Positions 38,164 through 47,637 of a stretch of DNA of 64,000 nt are shown one piece after another. Numbering within the stretch: position 1 is the first letter of the stretch; each line of letters starts with the position of its first letter. The stretch comes from a bacterium. GTDB lineage: Bacteria; Electryoneota; Electryoneia; Electryoneales; Electryoneaceae. Below the pieces are notes generated by a model, which saw nothing but the letters and a program-made list of their open reading frames with translations, was not told the origin of the DNA and made no database searches. The position numbers were made by a program, and so were the translations under genes. The stretch spans positions 2,176,001 to 2,240,000 of the forward strand of contig OY769902.1 of NCBI GenBank assembly GCA_963669175.1, in the 5' to 3' direction.

Positions 38164-40167
38164 ATGGCGTCCGCCCCAAAGACGATGACCCCTGACGAGT
38201 TGGAAGCACAATGGTATCGTGATCATTATCGCGGTGCCGACATGAAACAGCTTACATTCCGCGCTGTTTTCATGGGCGGGTTGCTCGGCGCAGTTTTGTC
38301 GCTGACCAACCTGTATATCGGGCTGAAAACCGGTTGGGGATTCGGGGTGGCCATTACCGCCTGCGTGTTGTCGTATGCCATCTGGAAAGGATTGATGACA
38401 CTACGCATTGCCAAGACGGATATGACCATCCTTGAGAATAACTGTATGCAATCCACTGCGTCCTCCGCCGGATATTCAACAGGAGGTACGCTTGTATCCG
38501 CCATCGCGGCTTACCTGCTGGTGACGGGTGAGCATATTCCCTATGGATTGCTGACTGCCTGGATTTTCTTCCTTGCCGTGCTGGGGGTAACCCTGGCAAT
38601 CCCGATGAAACGGCAGATGATCAATGTGGAACGATTACGTTTCCCCTCCGGCATCGCCGCCGCCATGACGTTACGCAGCCTGCACAACGATTACCAGCAT
38701 TCACCCGCACTGGAAGGGCCGCCATCGGAAGCCGGTACGGCTGATGGTAAAAGCGCGGAAGAAGCTGCCATGGAAGAGATGGCGGAGATGGAGGGTACTG
38801 TCGGCAGTGCCGAGGAGGCATCCAAGAGCGCAAAATCGCTATTCCTTGCCGGTGGCTTGGGTGGATTGGTCGCGTTCCTGCGTGACGGTCCCTACATGCT
38901 GTACGAACTGGGTCTGACTGCCAAAGAGTACGTGCTGGTCAAATACGCCTACCCCATCTTCGGCGAACGGATGTTCAACTATACGGTAGGCATTGAAGGA
39001 AGCCTGCTGCTGGTTGCCGGTGGCGCGTTGATGGGATTCCGTGTCGCGGCCAGCGTAATGCTGGGATCGATCCTCTGCTGGGTGGTGCTGGTGCCCTATA
39101 TGCACGGGATTGGAGTAATTGAAGCGCTGGATTACCGTACCATGGTTTCCTGGTCCCTGTGGGGTGGGGCATCGTGTATGGTTACCAGTGGCTTGCTGGC
39201 CTTTGCGATGCAATGGAAGTCGGTGATTCGTGCGCTCAGTGGTGTGACAAAAATCTTCAGTCCATCCAAAACCGAGTCCAAAGAAGCGGAGATGGAATCC
39301 ATCGAAGTGCCCGGATCCTGGTTCATGGGCGGCGGCCTGGTTGGCGCGGTGGGTGTAATCGGGATTGCCTATTTCGCGTTTAACATGCCGGTCTGGATGG
39401 GCGCGCTAGCCGTGCTGCTTTCCTTCTTCCTGGCACTGGTCGCCTGTCGTGTGGCGGGTGAAACTGATACAACCCCGGTTGGTGCGATGGGGAAAGTGAC
39501 ACAGTTGTTCTACGGCGCGATTACACCAAAAGCCATGCGTGTCAATGCCCCGCAGCAGACCATGAATGTTAACCTGATGGCTGCGTGCATCACGGCCGGT
39601 GTGGCAGACAGCGCCTCCGACCTGCTGATCGACCTGAAAAGCGGGTACGTGCTGGGCGCAAACCCACGCAAGCAGTTCCTGGCCCAGTTCAGCGGGATCT
39701 TTGTTGGTACGGCCGTAACAGTCCCAGCCTTCTACCTGCTGGTTCCCAATGCGCAGGCGTTAGGGACCGATCAGTGGCCCGCTCCGGCGGCTCAGGTATG
39801 GGCATCGGTCGCCAAGTTGCTCTCACAGGGACTCGATTCACTTCATCCCACAGCACAGGCGGCGCTGATCATCGGTGGTCTGGTAGGGATTCTGCTGGTG
39901 GCATTGGCGAGAGTGCTTCCCCCGAAGGTAGCGGCCTGGGTGCCGAGCCCGATGGGAATCGGACTGGCCTTCACGTTCCATTTTTACTACGGCCTGTCGA
40001 TGTTTATCGGCGGTGTGATTGGCCTGATCGTTGCCAAGAAATTCCCGTCTCTGGATAAGCTATATACTTTCCCTGTGGCGTCCGGGATTATCGCAGGGGA
40101 AAGCCTGATGGGCATTTTCCTGATCCTGATCCCGATTCTGACGGGGATCATCATGGGGAACGCCTGA
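38164..40167 (+). CDS. OPT-family oligopeptide transporter
   Basis: QLTFRA, NLYIGLKTG, ENNCMQSTASSAG, LRFPSGIAAA, DLKSGYVLGANPRKQ, PAPAA, ASGIIAGES. Confidence 0.95.
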   Translation: MASAPKTMTPDELEAQWYRDHYRGADMKQLTFRAVFMGGLLGAVLSLTNLYIGLKTGWGFGVAITACVLSYAIWKGLMTLRIAKTDMTILENNCMQSTASSAGYSTGGTLVSAIAAYLLVTGEHIPYGLLTAWIFFLAVLGVTLAIPMKRQMINVERLRFPSGIAAAMTLRSLHNDYQHSPALEGPPSEAGTADGKSAEEAAMEEMAEMEGTVGSAEEASKSAKSLFLAGGLGGLVAFLRDGPYMLYELGLTAKEYVLVKYAYPIFGERMFNYTVGIEGSLLLVAGGALMGFRVAASVMLGSILCWVVLVPYMHGIGVIEALDYRTMVSWSLWGGASCMVTSGLLAFAMQWKSVIRALSGVTKIFSPSKTESKEAEMESIEVPGSWFMGGGLVGAVGVIGIAYFAFNMPVWMGALAVLLSFFLALVACRVAGETDTTPVGAMGKVTQLFYGAITPKAMRVNAPQQTMNVNLMAACITAGVADSASDLLIDLKSGYVLGANPRKQFLAQFSGIFVGTAVTVPAFYLLVPNAQALGTDQWPAPAAQVWASVAKLLSQGLDSLHPTAQAALIIGGLVGILLVALARVLPPKVAAWVPSPMGIGLAFTFHFYYGLSMFIGGVIGLIVAKKFPSLDKLYTFPVASGIIAGESLMGIFLILIPILTGIIMGNA

Positions 40168-40193
40168 TTAGCCTATTGATTACGATTACTGTT

Positions 40194-40226
40194 GCCCGTT
40201 CCTGGTTCCAGGGGCGGGCTTTTTTC
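40194..40226 (+). terminator. Rho-independent terminator
   Basis: gcccgttcctg..caggggcgggc followed by a T run. Confidence 0.8.
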
Positions 40227-40250
40227 TGCTCTTGGGTCTCACATAAAGAA

Positions 40251-40417
40251 AACCCTGAAAAAGATTGTTTCACTCGGAGCAGCAAAGGCGCAAAAGATAA
40301 CCGTTGAAAGGCATGATTCACGCAAAGCCGCAAAGGACGCAAAGGAAAACCATTGAAAGGCATGTTTCACGCAAAGCCGCAAAGGACGCAAAGGAAAACC
40401 GGTGAAAGACATGTAAA
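40251..40417 (+). repeat. Tandem repeat of about 49 bp, about 3 copies
   Basis: cacgcaaagccgcaaaggacgcaaaggaaaacc at 40319 and 40368, with a degenerate copy at 40271. Confidence 0.8.
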
Positions 40418-40762
40418 CCACAGAAAAAATAACCTGCCATAAAGATAGTATCTTTTCTGAGTATCGAGCCTATCAGTTTTTCAAAAACAGTTTATCCTTT
40501 TCATCCTTATCATCCTTGTCATCCTGTAAATTCTCCCCAGGCTTCCCTTCGTTATTCCGTAAATTCTACTCCAAATTTCCCTTCAGAATCTTACTGTTTC
40601 ATGAGCATGAGGCGGAGGATTTCTACAACGCTACATCACTTGTAGCGGGCCGCAACATAGTGCTGTCACTTCCAAATCAGTAGCGACAAGTGTAGCTCTC
40701 GGTCTTGCTCTAATATATTGTAAATATTAAATATCTCTCCTTGTCTCGCTTCGATTTCAGAC

Positions 40763-40779
40763 TTGGCATACCCGTTGCA
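40763..40779 (+). promoter_or_regulatory. Sigma54 (-24/-12) promoter
   Basis: TTGGCATACCCGTTGCA: GG and GC correctly spaced, with an AT-rich tract upstream. Confidence 0.75.
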
Positions 40780-40831
40780 ATTACCCTTGCCAGAGTGTGG
40801 GCCGTGATATTCCCGTTGGGAGGACATAAAG

Positions 40832-41281
40832 ATGCGAAAAACGATTCTTTTACTGATGGTCAGTGTTTTAGTGCTTGGGGTTGGCAGTGTATTCGCCGGT
40901 GATCAGGTTGCGGTTGAGCTGAAAGAGCTGACCTGCACCTATGATTGTGCGAAACCAGTCGAAACAGTAAAGCCGGAACGTGTTTTTTACATGCCCGGTC
41001 ATGAGGTGGAAGGGTATGTGACCCTGGAAATCACAGTGGATGAAGAAGGTCAAGTGGAAAATGCACGAGTTCTTTACAAAACCAGCAACCTCGCTGTTCA
41101 TAACGCGGTTGATGCTGTCAGCCAGTGGCAGTTCGAGCCGGCCAAGCTTAACGGGCAACCCGTACGCAGTCGTGTCGCCTACAGTCTTCCGTTTGGACGC
41201 GACCTGGAAATCCTGGTTGCAGAAGATTACGAAGCCAAGGTGATGATTGAAGAGCAGATGGTGACCGCGTATACGAAGTAG
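40832..41281 (+). CDS. TonB C-terminal domain protein
   Basis: EGYVTLEITVDEEGQVENARV..AVDAVSQWQFEPA..NGQPV. Signal peptide and GGAGG RBS. Confidence 0.85.
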   Translation: MRKTILLLMVSVLVLGVGSVFAGDQVAVELKELTCTYDCAKPVETVKPERVFYMPGHEVEGYVTLEITVDEEGQVENARVLYKTSNLAVHNAVDAVSQWQFEPAKLNGQPVRSRVAYSLPFGRDLEILVAEDYEAKVMIEEQMVTAYTK

Positions 41282-41302
41282 TTTTTCAACGTGTCGACAT
41301 TC

Positions 41303-41332
41303 AACCCGCATGCGATCAGGTGTGCGGGTTTT
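41303..41332 (+). terminator. Rho-independent terminator
   Basis: aacccgcat..gtgcgggtt followed by Ts. Confidence 0.7.
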
Positions 41333-41370
41333 CTTATGTGATTTGTTCCACTGGATATAGAGGTTTCCCC

Positions 41371-41399
41371 TTGACGCAACTCGCGGGGTACTGTACATT
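41371..41399 (+). promoter_or_regulatory. Predicted sigma70 promoter
   Basis: TTGACG-N17-TACATT. Confidence 0.6.
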
Positions 41400-41434
41400 T
41401 GCAAAGTGATTGCAAAACACGTGGAAAGGCCTGT

Positions 41435-41887
41435 ATGACGATCCGTAGAAGCCTGGTTCTCGCCTTGTTGTCGTTGTTCCTGCTTGCCATGTTCGCGCAG
41501 GCGCGCACGTATCGAGATCGTTACGGTTCCGGCGTATGGTATCTGAACAAGGGCAAGTATGAGAAAGCCATCGAGGAGTTTCGTGACCTGCTCAAGGAAG
41601 ATCCGGATCATGAACTTGCTGATGACTGCCAGTACCGGATCGGTTTGAGTTATTACAAGCTGGAGCAATATGAGCAGGCCCTGATAGAGTTTGACCGTGC
41701 TTTTGCCTATCCCAATTCAGACCAGTGTGAGGACGCTTTGTTCATGATTGCAAATTGTCATGAGAAGATGGGCGAGCCGGAACCTGCTCTGGAAGTTTAC
41801 AAGCGGTTTGTCGCGTTGTACCCGGAAGATCGTCATGCTGAGGATGCACGCGAAAAGATCGAGGAACTCTCACCCAGCGAACCATAG
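41435..41887 (+). CDS. Periplasmic TPR protein (CpoB/YbgF-like)
   Basis: Signal peptide. GKYEKAIEEF..PDHELADDCQYRIG..YEQALIEF..YPNS repeats. Confidence 0.85.
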   Translation: MTIRRSLVLALLSLFLLAMFAQARTYRDRYGSGVWYLNKGKYEKAIEEFRDLLKEDPDHELADDCQYRIGLSYYKLEQYEQALIEFDRAFAYPNSDQCEDALFMIANCHEKMGEPEPALEVYKRFVALYPEDRHAEDAREKIEELSPSEP

Positions 41888-41894
41888 AAGTCTT

Positions 41895-43967
41895 ATGATA
41901 CGACCAGTTGTAGTTATTGCCGCCGCCCGCAACGGGGGGCGGCTTCTCTCTCGTTTAGTTGAAGGTCGAGTTGTGCTAAGTGTGATGCTGTCACTGTTGG
42001 CAGTGGCGGGATTTGCACTGGGGCAGAATGGAAAAATGACCGACACCGGCTATCGCTGGCCGGTGGACGAGAAGGTGTTTACCAGCACTTTTGCGGAATA
42101 TCGTCCCAGTCGTTTCCACGCCGGTCTGGACTTCAGTACGGGTGGTGTGACCGGACGTCCCTGTTATGCCATTGCTGATGGCCATATCAGCCGGATAAAA
42201 GTCAATTTCAGCGGGTATGGCCGGGTTATTTACCTGCAACTCAAAGATGGAAATATTGTTGTCTATGCCCACCTGGATCGTTTCACCGATGAGGTAGAAG
42301 CATACATCCGCAAAGAGCAGAGACGTTCCGGCGGGTATGAGATCGAGCGTTTCCTCGGGCCGGATACCTTCCCGTTTAAACAGGGCGATATTGTTGCCTA
42401 TACGGGTGACACCGGGGCAGGTCCGGCGCATCTGCATTTCGAAATGCGCAAGGGAATGATAACCGCGTTTGACCCGGTTCTTGCCGGTTTTGTTGTCCCG
42501 GATGATACTCCTCCTTCTATCAAGCAGGTTGTCCTGGCGCCGCTGGATGGGGCCAGTGAAGTCCAAGGCGATCTTTTCCCCGTATTGCAAAATGTTGTCA
42601 ACGGTAAAGTGGACACGTTATCCTTCCAAGGCCGCGCGGGGGTGTCTGTGTATGCGGTGGATTACCAGACCGGGTATCGTTACCGCCTGGGGTTGAGACG
42701 TTTGGAACTCTATGTAGATGGCGTCTTGCGTCATGCCACCACCCTGGACAGTTTTCCCTATGGGATCAACCGTCACGCTCGCATGGAATTCGATTTTGAG
42801 ATGGAACGGCGTGGCGAGAAACGCTTGCGCAGGATGTATCATCTGCCGCCAAACCGTTTACCCTTCTATGACGATTCTCTGCCGGGTGGCGTGCTGGACA
42901 GTGACGAACTCGGCGCCGGTCCGCATACACTGGAGATCCGTGCTACAGACATGTGCGGCAACCGGTCGTCATTTACATGGACTGTTTATGCGCTTCCCGG
43001 CGCAACCCTGCCACCGCTTTCGGGAAATGGCCCCCCGCCATTGATGCCCAACCGGCTTTCGGACCGGAACATGACGCTTAAGGTTGATGTGGTTAAGGAT
43101 GTGGCACGGGTTGAAGTGAGTGGCGCACCGGCCGGTGGTGATGCCGCGTTGTTGTGCATTGAGCCGTTCGATCTGTCGTTCCATTTACAGCCCAAAGGGA
43201 ACGGGCGTTTCCTGGGACGTGCTGCATTGCCGAAAAATGCGGTCGAGGATATTGTTTTCAAGGTTGGTATTTTCGCTCACGATTCCCTTATCGCAGCAAC
43301 CTCGCAGGCCTGTCTCCTGGCCACGAAGGATGCCAATACCAGCTTGAAATTCTTCTCGCCGGACAGCTTGCTGGAAGTTTATATCGAGGGTGGCGATACA
43401 TGGTTCGACCTGGCTTCCATCCTGACCATCCTGCCGCCTGAGGACAGCACTATTACCCCGGTGTATCGGCTACGCCCCGGGGATCATCCCTTCGCCAATT
43501 CCTTTGACCTGGTTTTCCACAGCGATCAGATGGGCTGGGATCAGCAGGCGCTTATCCTTTTCCGTGAAGATGGCGGGAATGGCCGCTGGCACAGCCTGGG
43601 ACGCATATGTGAAAACGATGGTCATGAACTGCTGGCACGTGCGCTCTCGTTTGAAGATTTTGCCGTGGGGCGTGACACGACAGCGCCGAGCATAGACAAT
43701 GTTTCGCCACGAAACGGGATCATTCTGACCAACCGGCAACCGATGCTGCAGGCGCGTATCAACGATGACCTGGCCGGAGTCGATATCAACCACAGCTCGC
43801 TGAAAATCAATGGGGAAGAAGTCATCTGGGTCTATGACCCGGATAAGCGGAAAATTTATTATGAGCCCTGGGAACCGTTGACGCCGGGAGACTATACCTG
43901 GACAGTGGTGGTTGAAGATGGTGTGGGGAACAAAAGTATAGAGACCAGAAGATTTACTGTACAGTAG
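41895..43967 (+). CDS. M23-family metallopeptidase with C-terminal Ig-like domains (start uncertain)
   Basis: TFAEYRPSRFHAGLDF (HxxxD), VYAHL, GDTGAGPAHLHFE. Confidence 0.9.
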   Translation: MIRPVVVIAAARNGGRLLSRLVEGRVVLSVMLSLLAVAGFALGQNGKMTDTGYRWPVDEKVFTSTFAEYRPSRFHAGLDFSTGGVTGRPCYAIADGHISRIKVNFSGYGRVIYLQLKDGNIVVYAHLDRFTDEVEAYIRKEQRRSGGYEIERFLGPDTFPFKQGDIVAYTGDTGAGPAHLHFEMRKGMITAFDPVLAGFVVPDDTPPSIKQVVLAPLDGASEVQGDLFPVLQNVVNGKVDTLSFQGRAGVSVYAVDYQTGYRYRLGLRRLELYVDGVLRHATTLDSFPYGINRHARMEFDFEMERRGEKRLRRMYHLPPNRLPFYDDSLPGGVLDSDELGAGPHTLEIRATDMCGNRSSFTWTVYALPGATLPPLSGNGPPPLMPNRLSDRNMTLKVDVVKDVARVEVSGAPAGGDAALLCIEPFDLSFHLQPKGNGRFLGRAALPKNAVEDIVFKVGIFAHDSLIAATSQACLLATKDANTSLKFFSPDSLLEVYIEGGDTWFDLASILTILPPEDSTITPVYRLRPGDHPFANSFDLVFHSDQMGWDQQALILFREDGGNGRWHSLGRICENDGHELLARALSFEDFAVGRDTTAPSIDNVSPRNGIILTNRQPMLQARINDDLAGVDINHSSLKINGEEVIWVYDPDKRKIYYEPWEPLTPGDYTWTVVVEDGVGNKSIETRRFTVQ

Positions 43968-44054
43968 ATTTTTCAGAACAAGGCAGTTTCGATTTGCTTT
44001 TTCCCGTTTCGATTCGGACTTTGATATGGGGGTTCGATTTCGTTGGGAGGCGCC

Positions 44055-45233
44055 ATGAGAAACATCCTTGGACTCTGGTTGTTGCTGTTCCTCGTTCTTC
44101 TTGCGGGGTGTGATGATGATCCCGGTGTGTCACCGGGGGGTGGGGATGATCCTGTTGAAGGACAGGCTTACCTGTTGATTCCTCCCTACTATGGCATTGC
44201 TTACGACGCGCTTTCGCTGGACGACAATACCATCCTTGTCGCAGGTTATGGCGGCCCAGTCATACATCAAGGCTATGACGTGGCCGTTGTACGTTTGAAC
44301 GCTGAAGGCGATACCCTCTGGTCGCTGCAGATACCTTTCGACCGGTTCACGAGTCATATCAAGATGTATCGTCAGCTTGGCGGCGATGAAGTGTACCTGC
44401 TGGCTGAATTACGACGAGACTCGCAATCCGATCCGGTTGACAACCCGGGATACCTGGGAGTGGCGAACATATCCATCGACGGAGAATTGATCAGCTATGA
44501 GATGAAGGATCTCGGGCTGGAAAATGTCTATATCACGCAAAGCCTGCTTGCAACCGATGATGGATTCTTTGCTGTCACTCCAGTATATCGTACGGTTGAG
44601 CGAGATTCCCTGGAGATTGTGGTTTCAAAGGTCAATCATGTGGGGGATGTTCAATGGACATCAACGCTGAATAACCTGAAACTGGGTGTTCCTTATGATG
44701 CCTGCTTGTCCGGGGGGCAGGTGTTTATCATGAACAGGTATTTGCATTCCGAAACGGCTATCTATGGTGCGCTTGCACGGGTGACTACATATGGAACCAG
44801 TACGCTTTTTCTGGACAGCGTTTTTGTGGATGGGTTGATGAGTATCGCTGGACGTCCTGACGGCGGGGTCTATCTGAACCATGTGATGTATTCCTCGCCC
44901 TGCCTGATCGGGATGAGCCAGTCTGCCAGCGGCATTGTGGAAAACAACATTTCCCTGAACAATTTTCAGTATATCCATGGAATCGCCTCTGCGCCTAATG
45001 GCGATGTTTTCGGGATCGCACATGAAGCCGTGAATGACACAACGACTGCCGGTAACAGTGGCTTAGTTCGCATCAGTTCTGAAGGGACCAGCCTCTGGGA
45101 ATACAGTATCGCCGCCTCGGACAGCGTATACCTGTATAATGTCGTCTCTCAGATTAATGGAGATGCGTTCGGGATTGGGCTGGCACAAGAACATTTCGCG
45201 GTTGTCTGGGTAAAAGGGGGGTGGCTGGAGTAA
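44055..45233 (+). CDS. Hypothetical lipoprotein, probable beta-propeller
   Basis: GGAGG RBS, LAGC lipobox, repeated RLNAEGDTLW / KVNHVGDVQW / RISSEGTSLW blades. Confidence 0.75.
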   Translation: MRNILGLWLLLFLVLLAGCDDDPGVSPGGGDDPVEGQAYLLIPPYYGIAYDALSLDDNTILVAGYGGPVIHQGYDVAVVRLNAEGDTLWSLQIPFDRFTSHIKMYRQLGGDEVYLLAELRRDSQSDPVDNPGYLGVANISIDGELISYEMKDLGLENVYITQSLLATDDGFFAVTPVYRTVERDSLEIVVSKVNHVGDVQWTSTLNNLKLGVPYDACLSGGQVFIMNRYLHSETAIYGALARVTTYGTSTLFLDSVFVDGLMSIAGRPDGGVYLNHVMYSSPCLIGMSQSASGIVENNISLNNFQYIHGIASAPNGDVFGIAHEAVNDTTTAGNSGLVRISSEGTSLWEYSIAASDSVYLYNVVSQINGDAFGIGLAQEHFAVVWVKGGWLE

Positions 45234-45394
45234 AGTCGCCAACAACTAATGCCCAGAATGTTGTTGGATATGGTCGGATGCGAAAAATGGGACTGTCACC
45301 TTTTCAAATTCGCAAAGGTATGACAGTTCAAAATGTGTTGATGAAAAGGTGACTGCACCAGATTTTTCGCTTGCTCTGTACAAAAGTTCGGCTG

Positions 45395-45716
45395 CTCACG
45401 AGAATTTGTGCATATTATTGACGAGCACGTTTCGTCAGGTCTTGACGTGATGCCTTTTCTTGTTCTTCTCCGTAATTTCAGATATCTGTCCGACTTCACA
45501 CCTGCTATTTCGCATGATAGATCGTCATCAGGCATCACGTTGTGACCTGACGACAGCGAGAGTGCTGATACCGGTGGCAGGTCACAACACGACAATAACA
45601 GGACGAGAGGTGGTTTCAGTATTATCGTGCATTCAGGAAAACATAGCGAAAGCCGAAAACGAGAAATCGCGTCAAGACCTGCCACAACATTGCCCGGATG
45701 CACAAATTCTTGTGAG
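45395..45716. repeat. Nested inverted-repeat element (REPIN/MITE-like or structured RNA)
   Basis: Paired arms 45395-413/45698-716 (18/19), 45436-51/45666-81 (15/16) and 45539-49/45578-88 (11/11). Confidence 0.7.
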
Positions 45717-45930
45717 GAACTAAAGTTCAGAGTGGGAAAATGCCGGGACAGCTACCTTTTTCGCATTTATTTACCAGGAAGTCATTGTTTTATTTGATTA
45801 ACAACGAAAACAGCAACTATCAATATACTATCAAGCGAAAAAGAGTAGCAGTCCCCATTTTCTGTCAACTATGAAATTGACAAATTATAGTGGGTTGCAT
45901 AACTAATGTTGCATAGGATAGCAAAACTTC

Positions 45931-45958
45931 GAGATCCCCGGTCAGGCTCGGGGATGAC
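45931..45958. repeat. GTCATCCC REP-like palindrome (reverse orientation)
   Basis: gagatccccggtcaggctcggggatgac. Confidence 0.7.
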
Positions 45959-46014
45959 ATGATGCGACATTTTTTTCGAGCACTGCTATAATTTGATCCA
46001 CCCTTCGCAACACT

Positions 46015-46043
46015 TTGACTCCCCGCTTCAAATACGGTATAGT
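46015..46043 (+). promoter_or_regulatory. Predicted sigma70 promoter
   Basis: TTGACT-N17-TATAGT, 52 nt before putP. Confidence 0.7.
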
Positions 46044-46095
46044 GTAACACTCACTGAGCAGGAAGACGGACAGCAAACGTGCCGGAGGGGAACTC

Positions 46096-47565
46096 ATGCT
46101 GCTTGCCGTATTTATCGCTTACCTGGTGATTGTGCTGGGGATCGCGGTCTGGTCGCTGAAATTTTCCAAAACCAAAGATGACTATATCCTGGGTGGCAGG
46201 AAACTTCCGGGTAGTGCGCTGGCGCTTTCGGAACGTGCCACCGGGGAATCCGCATGGTTGTTGCTCGGCCTGACCGGGCATGGTTTTGCTGAGGGAATCG
46301 CGTCGATCTGGGTGGCGCTTGGTTGTGTCGCAGGGGTCATCTTTATCTGGCTGGTGATGAGTCAACCGTTACGCAAGGCCAGCCAGGAAACCGGCGCATT
46401 AACCGTCTCCAGCCTGTTATCCAGAAAATTCCCCGGCGCGGAAAAACCAATCGGCCTGGTTTCATCCCTCATCGTGATTTTCTTCTTCATGTTCTATATC
46501 GCGGCCCAGTTCTCCGGGGCGGGCAAGGTGGTCAACGAGACCTTCCAGCTTGATCCTTTCTGGGGTATTGTGATCGGTTCGCTGATCGTGACCATTTACT
46601 GCACCTTTGGCGGTTTTATCACCGTAGTAGCGACTGATGCCTTTCAGGCTATCCTGATGATTGTCACGCTGGTCGTGCTGCCGATTATTGCCCTTGTCGT
46701 TATCGCACAGCATAATGTTTCCATAGCCCAGAGCCTGGTCGTAGCGAGCGAAGCATCCGGGCAGCAACTGACCTCACTGACCTACGGTAAAACCGGTGGC
46801 GCGGCATTCCTGTTTATCCTGAGCGGATTATCATGGGCGTTCGGCTATACCGGGCAGCCGCAGTTGCTGACTCGCATGATGGCGATGCGTGACCGGAAGA
46901 GCGTACGTGATGCCAAGGTAATTGCCGTGATCTGGACCCTACTGGCCTATGGCGGCGCAGTGCTGATCGGAATTTTCGGGGTGGCACTGGCCTATGCCGG
47001 GTTGTTCGATGCAGAAGGCGGTCTGGCCGGGATCGAAGCGGAGCATATTCTGCCGGTGATGGTGCTGAACCTGATGAATCCTTTGCTGGCCGGGATTCTG
47101 CTTTCCGGGGCGATATCAGCAATGATGTCCACCGCCTCATCACAGCTCATGGTCAGCTCCTCGTCTACCAGTGAAGACATTTACGCACATATGAGCAAAC
47201 GCAAGCTTTCTCCCAAAGCTGTTTTAAATCTGAATAAACTGCTTACGCTTGCGGTAGGAGTGATCGCATTTATCTTGGCGTTGACAGTTGCTGAGACCGT
47301 ATATGACATGGTCTCTTACGCCTGGTCGGGAATTGGAGCATCTTTCGGCCCGGCGCTGCTGCTCCTGCTGTTCTGGAAGAAATTCTCACGAGCCGGGGTA
47401 TACGCTTCCCTGGTAACCGGGACGTCCATGACGATTGTCTGGAAGGTCTTGTTCATGGAGAGTACCGGGATTTCTGAACGCTTGGTCGCTTATATCGCGT
47501 CCTTTGCGCTGGCTATGCTGTTCTCTGTATTGATTCCGGAAAAGAAAGAACGGCTGACATCGTGA
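46096..47565 (+). CDS. putP: Sodium/proline symporter (SSS family)
   Basis: DDYILGGRKL, ALSERATGESAWLLLGL.G, GGF..V..TD.FQ, GY.GQP.LL.R.MA, SAMMSTASSQL, YAWSG.GASFGP. Confidence 0.85.
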   Translation: MLLAVFIAYLVIVLGIAVWSLKFSKTKDDYILGGRKLPGSALALSERATGESAWLLLGLTGHGFAEGIASIWVALGCVAGVIFIWLVMSQPLRKASQETGALTVSSLLSRKFPGAEKPIGLVSSLIVIFFFMFYIAAQFSGAGKVVNETFQLDPFWGIVIGSLIVTIYCTFGGFITVVATDAFQAILMIVTLVVLPIIALVVIAQHNVSIAQSLVVASEASGQQLTSLTYGKTGGAAFLFILSGLSWAFGYTGQPQLLTRMMAMRDRKSVRDAKVIAVIWTLLAYGGAVLIGIFGVALAYAGLFDAEGGLAGIEAEHILPVMVLNLMNPLLAGILLSGAISAMMSTASSQLMVSSSSTSEDIYAHMSKRKLSPKAVLNLNKLLTLAVGVIAFILALTVAETVYDMVSYAWSGIGASFGPALLLLLFWKKFSRAGVYASLVTGTSMTIVWKVLFMESTGISERLVAYIASFALAMLFSVLIPEKKERLTS

Positions 47566-47637
47566 ACCAATCATGTGCATATTGAAATATCCAGCTTGGA
47601 ACAGGTACGGCTAAGCGGGATTGAACTGGGGAAAATC

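Noticed and set aside
41748-41894. Early start of the M23 ORF
   Set aside because: It overlaps the TPR gene, and the hydrophobic leader begins later.
45296-45723. 135-aa and 87-aa ORFs as a transposase remnant
   Set aside because: No HUH or DDE motifs. The region is explained by nested inverted repeats.
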